Source of the DNA: a virus | Taxonomy: Duplodnaviria > Caudoviricetes | Reading direction: 5' to 3' (one strand) | Length of the DNA stretch: 56,497 bases | Virus record (IMG/VR): IMGVR_UViG_3300008267_005425 | Span: 1 to 56,497 of that record | Shown: positions 26,416-36,836 of the stretch, piece after piece | How the letters are laid out: each line of letters begins with the position of its first letter | Numbering within the stretch: position 1 is the stretch's first letter | The notes under the pieces: model-generated | Database searches by the model: none | The model's input: only the letters and a program-made list of their open reading frames with translations | What the model was told of the DNA's origin: nothing | Translations under genes and position numbers: made by a program

Positions 26416-27207
26416 TTACTTTCCGGTCATGCAGCTTAGTCTTAAAAACTGCACATTCTTCTTGATTAGTTCCATGTCAGCACCACTCATGCCGTACGTC
26501 TCAAGAAGGCTGTGTGGAGTTGGTATTCGTGTTGTATGGTCTACACGAAAGTCCTGTCCATTCAATGCTGCCCATACTGGATACACTGAGTCGGTGCTTC
26601 TCATCATCGGATGATCGTAGTAAGAGAACTCTGTTGGATCGCCTTGACCTAGGCAGTGGATTGGTTTCTTGAGCATGTCCCGTTCTTTCAAATAATCGTA
26701 AGCCATGTGACGTGCTTCTTTGATACCTTGGTCATCCTTCCACTCAGGCAACCATGCTTGAGGTATTGCGATCTTAGAGAATCCGATAGTTTGAATCCAA
26801 TCTTGCTCTAATCCCCACTGATAAGCCTCTAACCAATCTTCTTTTGTTTTACCTTGTGGACAAAAGAATATATCAATTAAGCTTAGTAAACCGCTACTCT
26901 CCATCCTATCTCGAAACTTAATAGCATTTGCGATTGTAGCATCTTTATCAAACAATACGTCAGGTGCTATCACTTCGTCAGGTAGTAATTCGTGGCATAC
27001 GTCAATCAGTACGTCTTCGGTTACAAGAGCTCTCTCTGCTGCTGAGTTATCTAGCGTGATCCATCTTTGTGGATCTTCGTCTACAAGTTTATTAATAAAT
27101 TCTCGGTACTCAGGAAACTGTACCCATAAGTGAGCCAATACAAAGATTCGATCTCCCAGCCTCATTGGCTCTAAGTTGCTAACTGGTGATATTACGTAAA
27201 AGTCCAT
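26416..27207 (-). CDS. TGT/DpdA-like TIM-barrel protein (putative deazaguanine transglycosylase or ribosyltransferase)
   Basis: Ordered motifs ITLDNSA, IAPDV, CPQG, IHCLG, RSTDS match the TGT-fold pattern; co-operonic with folE/queD/queE. Confidence 0.65.
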   Translation of the reverse strand: MDFYVISPVSNLEPMRLGDRIFVLAHLWVQFPEYREFINKLVDEDPQRWITLDNSAAERALVTEDVLIDVCHELLPDEVIAPDVLFDKDATIANAIKFRDRMESSGLLSLIDIFFCPQGKTKEDWLEAYQWGLEQDWIQTIGFSKIAIPQAWLPEWKDDQGIKEARHMAYDYLKERDMLKKPIHCLGQGDPTEFSYYDHPMMRSTDSVYPVWAALNGQDFRVDHTTRIPTPHSLLETYGMSGADMELIKKNVQFLRLSCMTGK

Positions 27208-27208
27208 A

Positions 27209-27529
27209 TTAATCTAAGGTTTCGTTTTGTTTTTTAAGTTCCTCAGGGAAGGGTTCAGTATTTGCTACAATCTCTGCAACAACCTCTGCAGGTAGTCTTT
27301 GGACTACAGATGATTCGGGGTTCTCTGGGTAGGATCTTCTTAATGGTTCTGCGCCTTTTAGATAACCTAAAGTATCAATATACTTTAGCAATTCTTTATC
27401 ACCCTCTATGAATAGAGTTGGAATTTCTGCGTACACGTTGTGCTTCGTTGCTGTTTGTTTGATAGCTACAAACTTGAAGTTTAGTCTGTGCAGCAACCAA
27501 CTGGCTAGCTTGATTTGTAACCTTTTCAT
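27209..27529 (-). CDS. Hypothetical protein
   Basis: ORF abutting neighbours. Confidence 0.6.
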   Translation of the reverse strand: MKRLQIKLASWLLHRLNFKFVAIKQTATKHNVYAEIPTLFIEGDKELLKYIDTLGYLKGAEPLRRSYPENPESSVVQRLPAEVVAEIVANTEPFPEELKKQNETLD

Positions 27530-27530
27530 A

Positions 27531-27905
27531 TTACAATGTAACTGTAAAGATTTCTTTAATTACGATTTCATCTGCCTCTAAAGTACCACCAGCCTCTTCA
27601 CGCAACTGCACAGCTACTGCATAGTCGATTGAAATACCTGGCTTCTTCTCAATCCACATTTCTGTGATAAATGTTGATGACTTGATCTCGTTGTGCTTGT
27701 TTCTCTTTACTCGAAACACTGCTACTTTTACTTGTTGATTCATGCTACTTGAATTACTATTTAATGTTAAACCTCCATAAATGGTTGTACCTGGTGAGGC
27801 AATGTAGCTCGTACCGGTACTTAGTGTAGCGTTAAGACTACTACATCCCGTTGTTAAAGTTCCTGATGTGATATTAGTATTATACTCCATAACGACTTTG
27901 ATCAA
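27531..27905 (-). CDS. Hypothetical protein (T/S/G-rich N-terminus)
   Basis: ORF abutting neighbours. Confidence 0.6.
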   Translation of the reverse strand: MIKVVMEYNTNITSGTLTTGCSSLNATLSTGTSYIASPGTTIYGGLTLNSNSSSMNQQVKVAVFRVKRNKHNEIKSSTFITEMWIEKKPGISIDYAVAVQLREEAGGTLEADEIVIKEIFTVTL

Positions 27906-28527
27906 TTAAGTTAAAAAATTCTTGTCTTGTGCCAATCTCATTGGTCCAGAAGTATCCAGACATTTGTGATGTCTTCATTACACTGTCTTGTTTGATTCCG
28001 CGACACTTAACACAGTTGTGTTGTGACTCGATTACTACTGCAACTCCTCGATTACCTATACACAAACGATCAACGTGGTCGTGAATTTGTTTAGTCAGTG
28101 ACTCTTGGATATTCGGACGACGAGAATAGAAATCTACAATACGGTTCAACTTACTTAATCCAATTACCAAATCACCTTTATCTTTTCCTGGAATATAAGC
28201 TACGTGAGCTACTCCTGAGAATGTTAAGTTGTGATGTGCACACATACTCATTACTGGAATACGAGTCTGACAGATAAGCCCTGTGTATCCTTCGTCGTTA
28301 GGGAATGCTGTTACTTCTGGTTCCGGTGCAATTGATCCAGCAATTAGGTCATTCACCCAAGCCTTAGCTACTCGGTACGGAGTACGATCACTGTGTGGAT
28401 CTGCTTTCCAATCGAAACCTAGTGCTGTTAAGAATCCTCCATAGTACTCAGCAGCTTTTTCGATCATCTGCTTTTTTTCTTCCTCCGTACGAGGAATGTT
28501 TCCATTTGCTTTTGTGATTAACTTCAT
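27880..28527 (-). CDS. folE: GTP cyclohydrolase I
   Basis: [41 protein letters not shown]. Confidence 0.96.
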   Translation of the reverse strand: MKLITKANGNIPRTEEEKKQMIEKAAEYYGGFLTALGFDWKADPHSDRTPYRVAKAWVNDLIAGSIAPEPEVTAFPNDEGYTGLICQTRIPVMSMCAHHNLTFSGVAHVAYIPGKDKGDLVIGLSKLNRIVDFYSRRPNIQESLTKQIHDHVDRLCIGNRGVAVVIESQHNCVKCRGIKQDSVMKTSQMSGYFWTNEIGTRQEFFNLIDQSRYGV

Positions 28528-28530
28528 AGT

Positions 28531-29007
28531 TTAATAGTTGTGTAAAATTTGTAATCTTTCTTCGAATATACTAAAAATCTTCTGTCCTTCCAACTCTATT
28601 GGCTTGTTATCTGCAATATCGAAGGATTCGGTGTCTTTATCTGCGTTACGGATCTCGTAGCGTCGTTTTCTTACTTCAGTCGGTACTTCTAACCACACCA
28701 ACTCTGCCTCAGGAAAATGCTTGAGCAAGTACTCTACTATACTTGACTGTCGAATACCATCCACAACGATGTTGTGTACTTTGATTAAGTCGTTAGCCAT
28801 AAGGTAGTGGTAGTCTTCTATTCTCTTCAAGATTCTTTCAGCTATCTGTTGATCGAGGTGTTGTGTGTTTTGTAGTTGTGTGCGATCGTTGCTATTGATG
28901 AGCTCGCGAACAATGTCTGAAACTACTATTCTGTGAGCTCGTGCTTGAAATGAACTCTTACCGCTACAGATACGACCAAAGATTAAAATAAGTTCTGACT
29001 GCTTCAT
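28531..29007 (-). CDS. P-loop nucleoside monophosphate kinase-like protein
   Basis: IFGRICSGKSS, VSDIVR, VVDGIRQ, lid-like RKRR...R; the ATG overlaps the upstream TGA. Confidence 0.8.
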   Translation of the reverse strand: MKQSELILIFGRICSGKSSFQARAHRIVVSDIVRELINSNDRTQLQNTQHLDQQIAERILKRIEDYHYLMANDLIKVHNIVVDGIRQSSIVEYLLKHFPEAELVWLEVPTEVRKRRYEIRNADKDTESFDIADNKPIELEGQKIFSIFEERLQILHNY

Positions 29008-29345
29008 AGTTCTACTATACCAAAAAATTCTCCATCTTCCGACACTGAGCATCGACAGAGTCCAAAGTAATTTAATAAATCTTCTGCTATCATTTCACAA
29101 GACATAGCTCCAAAGTTGCAGCATCCATAAGCTGGATCGTACCAGGTACTTGCTATGTACTTTTTGATCTTGTGCTTGAAATCAATAAACTCAATGTCAC
29201 GATCTCCGTGAGATACTTCAGCTCTGCACGCTATTTGAAAGGTATGTCTGTGCAAGTGTGCTAGGTAATCTACGTGTGGTAGATTGCAGTCAGGCCAGTG
29301 ATGCAAGCCTTCTACGTTTATATGTACTTCTACGTATTTTTTCAT
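29004..29345 (-). CDS. dpdL: QueD-paralog T-fold protein, DpdL-like (putative CDG decarboxylase)
   Basis: LAHLHRHTF fits LxxxHRHxF rather than the QueD CxxxHGH; also RDIEF, SCEMIA, VSEDGE. Confidence 0.68.
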   Translation of the reverse strand: MKKYVEVHINVEGLHHWPDCNLPHVDYLAHLHRHTFQIACRAEVSHGDRDIEFIDFKHKIKKYIASTWYDPAYGCCNFGAMSCEMIAEDLLNYFGLCRCSVSEDGEFFGIVEL

Positions 29346-29827
29346 TACTTCTTGTCTTTATCTTTTTGCCATTGACCATCGTACAAATCCGCTGGAGTAT
29401 TCTCTAGCATGATTATCTGAGCTACTCGTGATCCCTTCTCGATTCGGATATCTTGATCCACAATCATAACTGCACCCATCTCCTCTACCTCAAATCCTGG
29501 ATCATAAACTCCGGATGTGATAATTGAACCGCATCGAAGAATAGATGAGCGGTGACGAATAAAGGCTGTGCGGTTCTCTGGAAGTTTGCATCCTTGATCG
29601 AATGTTAGTGAGTAAGTTCCTCGTGTTAGGTGAAACATATACTTTCCCGTTGGTGTTAGGGTTGGAGGCACCTCTTCGTAGTCTTCTACTAGAGTCTTAT
29701 CTCTAAGGACCATTCCTCCTTTAATTTTCTTTACTGCTTTTAGTGTCAGATCATATCCGACTTGTGCTTTGCTACCTAGACCGTTAGTTTCTAAGTGATC
29801 TGTAACCTGGTGTGAATTTAATAACAT
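29345..29827 (-). CDS. Trimeric dUTPase / dCTP deaminase family protein
   Basis: GYDL, RSS, GVYDPGF, RVAQI, YDGQWQ. Confidence 0.88.
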   Translation of the reverse strand: MLLNSHQVTDHLETNGLGSKAQVGYDLTLKAVKKIKGGMVLRDKTLVEDYEEVPPTLTPTGKYMFHLTRGTYSLTFDQGCKLPENRTAFIRHRSSILRCGSIITSGVYDPGFEVEEMGAVMIVDQDIRIEKGSRVAQIIMLENTPADLYDGQWQKDKDKK

Positions 29828-29951
29828 AACTTTTTATATTTGAATTTAATACCTCAACAATTGTTTGGTAGTTTGTAACTACAGTTTCAATCAAGTTGGT
29901 GTGACTGAAACTATCCGGACAAAGTCCTATAAAATGTAATACTTCGTGCAT
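29784..29951 (-). CDS. Small hypothetical protein
   Basis: MHEVLHFIGLCPDSFSH; fills the gap. Confidence 0.55.
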   Translation of the reverse strand: MHEVLHFIGLCPDSFSHTNLIETVVTNYQTIVEVLNSNIKSYVIKFTPGYRSLRN

Positions 29952-29952
29952 C

Positions 29953-30729
29953 TTAAACTCCTCTTTTTGTATCGTAAGCAATGATGTGATCTCGTCCCGT
30001 CATATTGTAACCACGCTCAGCACACATCTCAAATACTATCGGATACATCCTAATAAGCTCTTCACGAGTATCACCCGCTGGCATAATATACGTTTTTTCT
30101 TTTGGAATCAAAAGCTCGAGTCTAAGATTTTCTATCTCTTCGAGGTTCTTTTCTGTACCATCCCATACCGGCTTGTAGTGATAGTCTGCGTGATAAGTTA
30201 TCATCTCTTTCATTGCCATCTTGTTGAGTCTGAACTTATCATGCTGCTTAATCATCTTCTCATCCGTGATCGTCCCTTGCGGCGTAGGAGTACCCAAAAC
30301 GGGAACGCTATTGCTAAACTTAGGACTAAGACTGATAAGCCCAATAGGATAATCAGTAGCAATAAAATGTGAACCCTCAGTCTCAATAGTGATAAGAATG
30401 CCTTTTTCATGTGCAAAGTGTGTTAGCTCGTTTACTAGAGCTGGATGCATTGTAGGCGATCCACCAGTAAGCATCATCTCCTTGATGTGTGGATTCTCGT
30501 CGTATATCTTTGTGATATCATTAAACGTGAATGTTCCCTTCTCTGGATGAATACTAGTGTACCAGCTGTCACACCATCCTCCTTCTCCAAAGAAACATCT
30601 GTGAGTGCATCCGGTTGTTCGTACTGCGATTGTTGGTCGGCCAAATCTTGACCCTTCTGATTGTACACATCGATAGAGTTCAACTATCGGTAGTACTTTA
30701 TTGTAATCTGTAACTCTTCCTGGTGTCAT
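29953..30729 (-). CDS. queE: 7-carboxy-7-deazaguanine synthase (radical SAM)
   Basis: VQSEG, RTTGCTHRC...WCDS, LTGGSP, TIETEG, SLSPK; start reassigned to MTPGR. Confidence 0.93.
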   Translation of the reverse strand: MTPGRVTDYNKVLPIVELYRCVQSEGSRFGRPTIAVRTTGCTHRCFFGEGGWCDSWYTSIHPEKGTFTFNDITKIYDENPHIKEMMLTGGSPTMHPALVNELTHFAHEKGILITIETEGSHFIATDYPIGLISLSPKFSNSVPVLGTPTPQGTITDEKMIKQHDKFRLNKMAMKEMITYHADYHYKPVWDGTEKNLEEIENLRLELLIPKEKTYIMPAGDTREELIRMYPIVFEMCAERGYNMTGRDHIIAYDTKRGV

Positions 30730-30730
30730 A

Positions 30731-30985
30731 TTAAAATGGTAATTCGTCGTCATGTATTGATCCCACGGACTCAGCTCCTTTACTATCGGGGGTTGTATTA
30801 TTTCCAAAGTAGCGATCTAAGAACGATTTAGGGTACTTTAAAATTAAACCCGAGTAATTTGGATTCTCAACTTCATGGGCTGTTGCCTTTATTCCCTTAG
30901 CTTTTGCAGCGGCATAAACTTCCTTTCCTAGTTTGGAACCAGCAGGTTTGCCAAGATACTCGTATAGTGATAAATAGTTTTCCAT
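30731..30985 (-). CDS. Hypothetical protein
   Basis: ORF beginning YLSLYEYLGKPAG. Confidence 0.7.
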   Translation of the reverse strand: MENYLSLYEYLGKPAGSKLGKEVYAAAKAKGIKATAHEVENPNYSGLILKYPKSFLDRYFGNNTTPDSKGAESVGSIHDDELPF

Positions 30986-31052
30986 GTAACCTTATTTTGT
31001 AATTGTGTAAATTATTTTAACATCTCCTACTGTGCTTGTAGAAGTCCAGTAA

Positions 31053-31529
31053 CTATCCTTCATAGATGCTTGAGTTTTTATCGTTTTCAAAACATTCAAC
31101 TTTAATGCACTTACAACGTCCTGCATCTGTTTTAGATAACACGTCATTGAATTTATCGTACACCAGCTTTGCACAAGACTCAGCTCCCATCTTCTCCATG
31201 AAGTGAACCTTAGCAAGTCCCATCTGACCTAGCTGTTCAAATATATCTGCATACGGATCATCCTTTTGAATTAGTAGTGTATGATCCCACATATGATCCA
31301 TCCACGACTTTAATCCATTACCAACTGGTGCATCTTTGAAACCTCCGTAATCAACTATCCAGTTCATATCGTCAAGTTGATTCTCTTCTAGTGGTTCGTT
31401 TGAAGCAAACCAAACCTTAAACTTGAGTGCATATCCGTGTAATAGCTCACAATGTGAGTGTGATGCTTTCCATTGACGTATTGCAACAGAATAATTGTCA
31501 AATAACTTTGTCGAAATGTATCTACCCAT
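31053..31529 (-). CDS. queD: 6-carboxy-5,6,7,8-tetrahydropterin synthase
   Basis: CELLHGY, WIVDYG, DHTLL, GAE, VECFE; start MGRY. Confidence 0.92.
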   Translation of the reverse strand: MGRYISTKLFDNYSVAIRQWKASHSHCELLHGYALKFKVWFASNEPLEENQLDDMNWIVDYGGFKDAPVGNGLKSWMDHMWDHTLLIQKDDPYADIFEQLGQMGLAKVHFMEKMGAESCAKLVYDKFNDVLSKTDAGRCKCIKVECFENDKNSSIYEG

Positions 31530-31668
31530 TTTTCTTTGATTTTTTTGATTTTTTAATATCAGTATGATACTCCGTATCAATGCTTGCTAGTTCAATAGTA
31601 ATGTACTCAGGTGTTAGTTGATCTAATCCTATTCCCGTACATACTGTAATTGTGTTCTTTTTTGCCAT
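31522..31668 (-). CDS. Small hypothetical protein
   Basis: MAKKNTITVCTGIG; fills the gap. Confidence 0.5.
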   Translation of the reverse strand: MAKKNTITVCTGIGLDQLTPEYITIELASIDTEYHTDIKKSKKSKKNG

Positions 31669-31709
31669 AACCTTTTGATGTAACTCCCAGTCTACTATGC
31701 AGCTGTTCC

Positions 31710-32162
31710 TCATATACTTTGTAATTGTTTTTCGCTTAATTCACTATACAAAAAATAAAACTCCCTAGCACCGGGTATGTCTTTTTTTATTGCCTCTTGA
31801 AACGTTTCTTCCCAAACATCTACTCCAAACTCTCGAATCAAACTAGCTCTCAAATACATCAAACGTGATGTCTCTTCGTTGTAGTAGTCTTCTATAAGTT
31901 TGTTATACCTCTTACGATACCTACGCTCTATGTCGTGATACCGTTCATCATCTTTGGGATTATTCCCTCTGTAAGATTTAGCAAACGCTGCTAGATCCTT
32001 ATCACATCGAACCAACTCTTCCTCTGCTTGTCTTTTAAAGTCTGAATGATCAAAGTCTCCGTGATCAATCTGCTGTAAGAGAAAAGGAATACCCTTCTTG
32101 GCATCCTTTCGCTGTAACTTGTTTTTAGGACGATATCGTCTCCACCAATTGAATTTACTCAT
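31710..32162 (-). CDS. Hypothetical protein
   Basis: ORF containing FNWWRR and GDFD. Confidence 0.7.
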   Translation of the reverse strand: MSKFNWWRRYRPKNKLQRKDAKKGIPFLLQQIDHGDFDHSDFKRQAEEELVRCDKDLAAFAKSYRGNNPKDDERYHDIERRYRKRYNKLIEDYYNEETSRLMYLRASLIREFGVDVWEETFQEAIKKDIPGAREFYFLYSELSEKQLQSI

Positions 32163-32163
32163 A

Positions 32164-32352
32164 TTATTCTATAACTTGTGCTTCTTCTATTTTACGACAG
32201 AAATACAAAAGGCCATCCTTTCTTAATACCGTATCACACATATAGTGTTCCTTCGCTTCCTCAGTTGGAAAGTTTGGGTGATCTCTAAATGTTCGATATA
32301 CTATGAATAGGTTGCCTTGAAATGTAACTATTTGTTTCTCTCTAAATGACAT
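32164..32352 (-). CDS. Hypothetical protein
   Basis: ORF containing CDTVLRKDG; preceded by TTGCAA-N17-TATATT (32359-32387). Confidence 0.7.
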   Translation of the reverse strand: MSFREKQIVTFQGNLFIVYRTFRDHPNFPTEEAKEHYMCDTVLRKDGLLYFCRKIEEAQVIE

Positions 32353-32367
32353 GAGTTAAATATAACC

Positions 32368-32394
32368 AAAAAGGCTCACATTTGCAAGCCTTTT
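32368..32394 (-). terminator. Hairpin terminator overlapping a promoter
   Basis: AAAAGGCT...AGCCTTTTT; overlaps the -35 TTGCAA of the downstream operon. Confidence 0.65.
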
Positions 32395-32401
32395 ATATTT
32401 T

Positions 32402-33772
32402 TTAGTAATCCAAATCCTCATCCAAATCATCACTCACATCACCGGGCTTGCCTAACACGAGAGCAAACGCAACACCTTGAGGACCTGCTTTTTTTCTGTA
32501 ATTTGGAATTACAAGCCCAATTGTCTTATACAAGTGTGGTCTTAGTCCGTTTCCATTAGCAGGGAATGCTAGTACGGAGAAGTTTTCTTTTGAAGGGGCT
32601 CCTGAGGCTACTGAGGCATCTGTAACTATGAATATCTTATCACCCTCTTCGAGGCTCATATAGTAATCCATATAGTAACATGCAAAATCAACCAAGAACG
32701 CTGTTTGATTAAGAGTACCATCATCATTAAGATGCTTTTTAATCCACATCCAATCATTAGGACTCTGTCTTTCCGTTAGCGCTTTACCAAAACCTCCGCT
32801 CATTGCCGTGATAAGTTCCTCTTTTGTAACCGGTTCATCGTCTTTTGTAAGCTCGATTAACTGCTTATTCATATCCTCTATTGCAGTTATCCAGCCATCT
32901 TTGCGACTAGATCCGTACCGTCCATTATCTTCAATCACTTTAAAAGTCGGTCCAGACATTGGCTTAGCTGTTCCGGATGGTGATATAGCTGTAGACATTA
33001 ATAAGTCTTTTTCTTGCGCAAGCTTTCTGTATCCTTCTTTAAAGCCTTCTTGAGCTTCTTCTGGAGACCCTAAACCTCCCTGCGCTCTAAGTCTTTTCTT
33101 GAAACCTCCTACCTCAAAGGGAACATCATTAACAAGTAAATCTCCTGATTTTTTTGGCCTTGATCCCAATTTTAACAACACTGCTAACAACACTTCTACT
33201 GTTCCTAATTGTGGTGTTGCACTCCATCTATACAATGCTAGGTTTCCAAGGGTACTAGCCGATAATCCTGTTTGTGCAAACAAATCAGCCAGTCTAGCTG
33301 GTGTGTTTTGGAACGACGTCCAATCGACACCATTAGTATCTCGGTTTAGCAAATACGTATGCAATGCTGACTGGTCTGTGCTCTCTTGCAGTAGTATGTC
33401 AATAATTTCATCAGCATGCCCACTATCACCTCTTAGTGATTTTTCAACTGCTTTTGTAATTGCCTCTTCAAAACTAGCGTTACGCTTTATGAGACTGTTA
33501 ATTTTTGCAATTGTTTTTGGCGATATGATAACCTCAGGATCTGACAGAGCAGCTATTAGTTGCTCTTTTGTCATCTCTATTACTTGTGCCACCTGCTGAG
33601 GTTCTGCTTTTTTCTTCGCTTCAAGGTTAAGTGGCTCATCAAACCCATACTCAGCCATAACCTCTTGAAGAACCTTTAACTCCTTTTTGTCAGTGAACTT
33701 ACCATCCTTCATTGTAGGATAGCCTTTTGGTAGTCTGTACGACCACTCTGCTACTATTTCATCCCAATTCAT
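32402..33772 (-). CDS. Hypothetical 456-aa protein, possibly virion-associated, with a degenerate nuclease-like motif
   Basis: N-terminal EWSYRLPKGYP; central GTVEVLL...GDL...EVGG. Confidence 0.7.
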   Translation of the reverse strand: MNWDEIVAEWSYRLPKGYPTMKDGKFTDKKELKVLQEVMAEYGFDEPLNLEAKKKAEPQQVAQVIEMTKEQLIAALSDPEVIISPKTIAKINSLIKRNASFEEAITKAVEKSLRGDSGHADEIIDILLQESTDQSALHTYLLNRDTNGVDWTSFQNTPARLADLFAQTGLSASTLGNLALYRWSATPQLGTVEVLLAVLLKLGSRPKKSGDLLVNDVPFEVGGFKKRLRAQGGLGSPEEAQEGFKEGYRKLAQEKDLLMSTAISPSGTAKPMSGPTFKVIEDNGRYGSSRKDGWITAIEDMNKQLIELTKDDEPVTKEELITAMSGGFGKALTERQSPNDWMWIKKHLNDDGTLNQTAFLVDFACYYMDYYMSLEEGDKIFIVTDASVASGAPSKENFSVLAFPANGNGLRPHLYKTIGLVIPNYRKKAGPQGVAFALVLGKPGDVSDDLDEDLDY

Positions 33773-34065
33773 TACTTACCTGATTTTGGACGCTCAAATG
33801 GTGTACCGTCTTGCACTTTACCATCTCCATCGCCATCCTTTGCGTCCTCTTTAAACGTAGCCTTAGGTTGCTCTGTTGATTCTATACAACCTAGCTCGTC
33901 CCACATAGCTTGATCGATATACCCTGTGTTAGGCAATCCTCGGCTCATTTGCCAAGATAGCACTGCATTGTGTAGTTTGCGATCAAACCATCCATCCGGA
34001 TGCAATCCCAATACTAACTGCACTGCTTTGATCTGTTCGCTCTTTTGTCCAAATTCTAGTTTCAT
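33772..34065 (-). CDS. Peptidoglycan-binding domain protein
   Basis: G...IKAVQ..LG...DG.F......V..WQ...GL..TG pattern; C-terminal DGDGDG. Confidence 0.8.
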   Translation of the reverse strand: MKLEFGQKSEQIKAVQLVLGLHPDGWFDRKLHNAVLSWQMSRGLPNTGYIDQAMWDELGCIESTEQPKATFKEDAKDGDGDGKVQDGTPFERPKSGK

Positions 34066-34077
34066 ACTTTGTTGATA

Positions 34078-34686
34078 TTAAAATTCATTAATCAAACAAT
34101 AAGTGACGTGCGTCTGAGTTTTGTTTTTTGCAGCTGCACGATACCACTTCATTTGTTCCATATACTTTGCTCTGTCATTTACTACCTGACATCCAGCACT
34201 CCATGCATCGATAGTTGCCTTTTTCATTTTCAAACTTGCATCCGAAAAGTCATAAGTGTTGGTGTGATAGTTGATACCATACCAACCTGCGATTGGCTTT
34301 CCTAATTCCTCACTCTTACCATCATTATCCCCATCTCGATATACATCAATTGTTGCACCAGTTTGTAGTAAGGCTGGCATCTTACCTTTGTGCATTCCAA
34401 ACTGCCAAACATTGTAGTACCACTTATCGGAAGCAACTACTGCTGCGCCGATTGAGTTGTAGCTTTTGTATCCTCCCTTTAGGATTGTAAGTCCTGGATG
34501 AGTTGTTGCTGAAACGACTGTAAGAAAGTTCTCACTCTCAAACTGATAAATCTTATCGTCGAATAGGTTTGGTTGATCTTCTTTTGATCTTACTCCAATG
34601 TGCCATCTGCCTTTTGGAATTTCTTTGAAACTAGGTAAGCTCTTTACCTTGTCTAATAACTCTTTGTCTGTGTAATTTCGTACCAT
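34078..34686 (-). CDS. Putative endolysin / L,D-transpeptidase-like cell wall enzyme
   Basis: IGVRS, FDD, TTHPG, YRDGD, GINYH, WSAGCQV (His/Cys pair); adjacent to the PG-binding protein. Confidence 0.65.
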   Translation of the reverse strand: MVRNYTDKELLDKVKSLPSFKEIPKGRWHIGVRSKEDQPNLFDDKIYQFESENFLTVVSATTHPGLTILKGGYKSYNSIGAAVVASDKWYYNVWQFGMHKGKMPALLQTGATIDVYRDGDNDGKSEELGKPIAGWYGINYHTNTYDFSDASLKMKKATIDAWSAGCQVVNDRAKYMEQMKWYRAAAKNKTQTHVTYCLINEF

Positions 34687-34695
34687 ACTTTAAAT

Positions 34696-36767
<2,072 letters not shown>

Positions 36768-36812
36768 TGTAGATTAATTTAATAAGTTTGTAAATTGTTT
36801 TGAGGCTGTAGC

Positions 36813-36820
36813 TATAAATA
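36813..36820 (-). promoter_or_regulatory. Putative late promoter TATTTATA upstream of nrdJ
   Basis: Repeated intergenic motif. Confidence 0.6.
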
Positions 36821-36836
36821 GGATACACACCTTGCA

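Noticed and set aside
30992-31216. 74-aa ORF overlapping queD
   Set aside because: Mostly an alternate frame of queD; only the last 23 codons (31063-30992, MKDSYWTSTST...) might be a real micro-gene, which I cannot support further.
26416-31529. Host-type queuosine tRNA modification operon
   Set aside because: No queC, queF or queA is present, the TGT-like protein lacks the C-terminal zinc-binding motif of bacterial Tgt, and the phage context favours DNA modification.
36768-36836. Cobalamin riboswitch upstream of nrdJ
   Set aside because: The gap is only about 70 bp and AT-rich, too short and without a B12 box.
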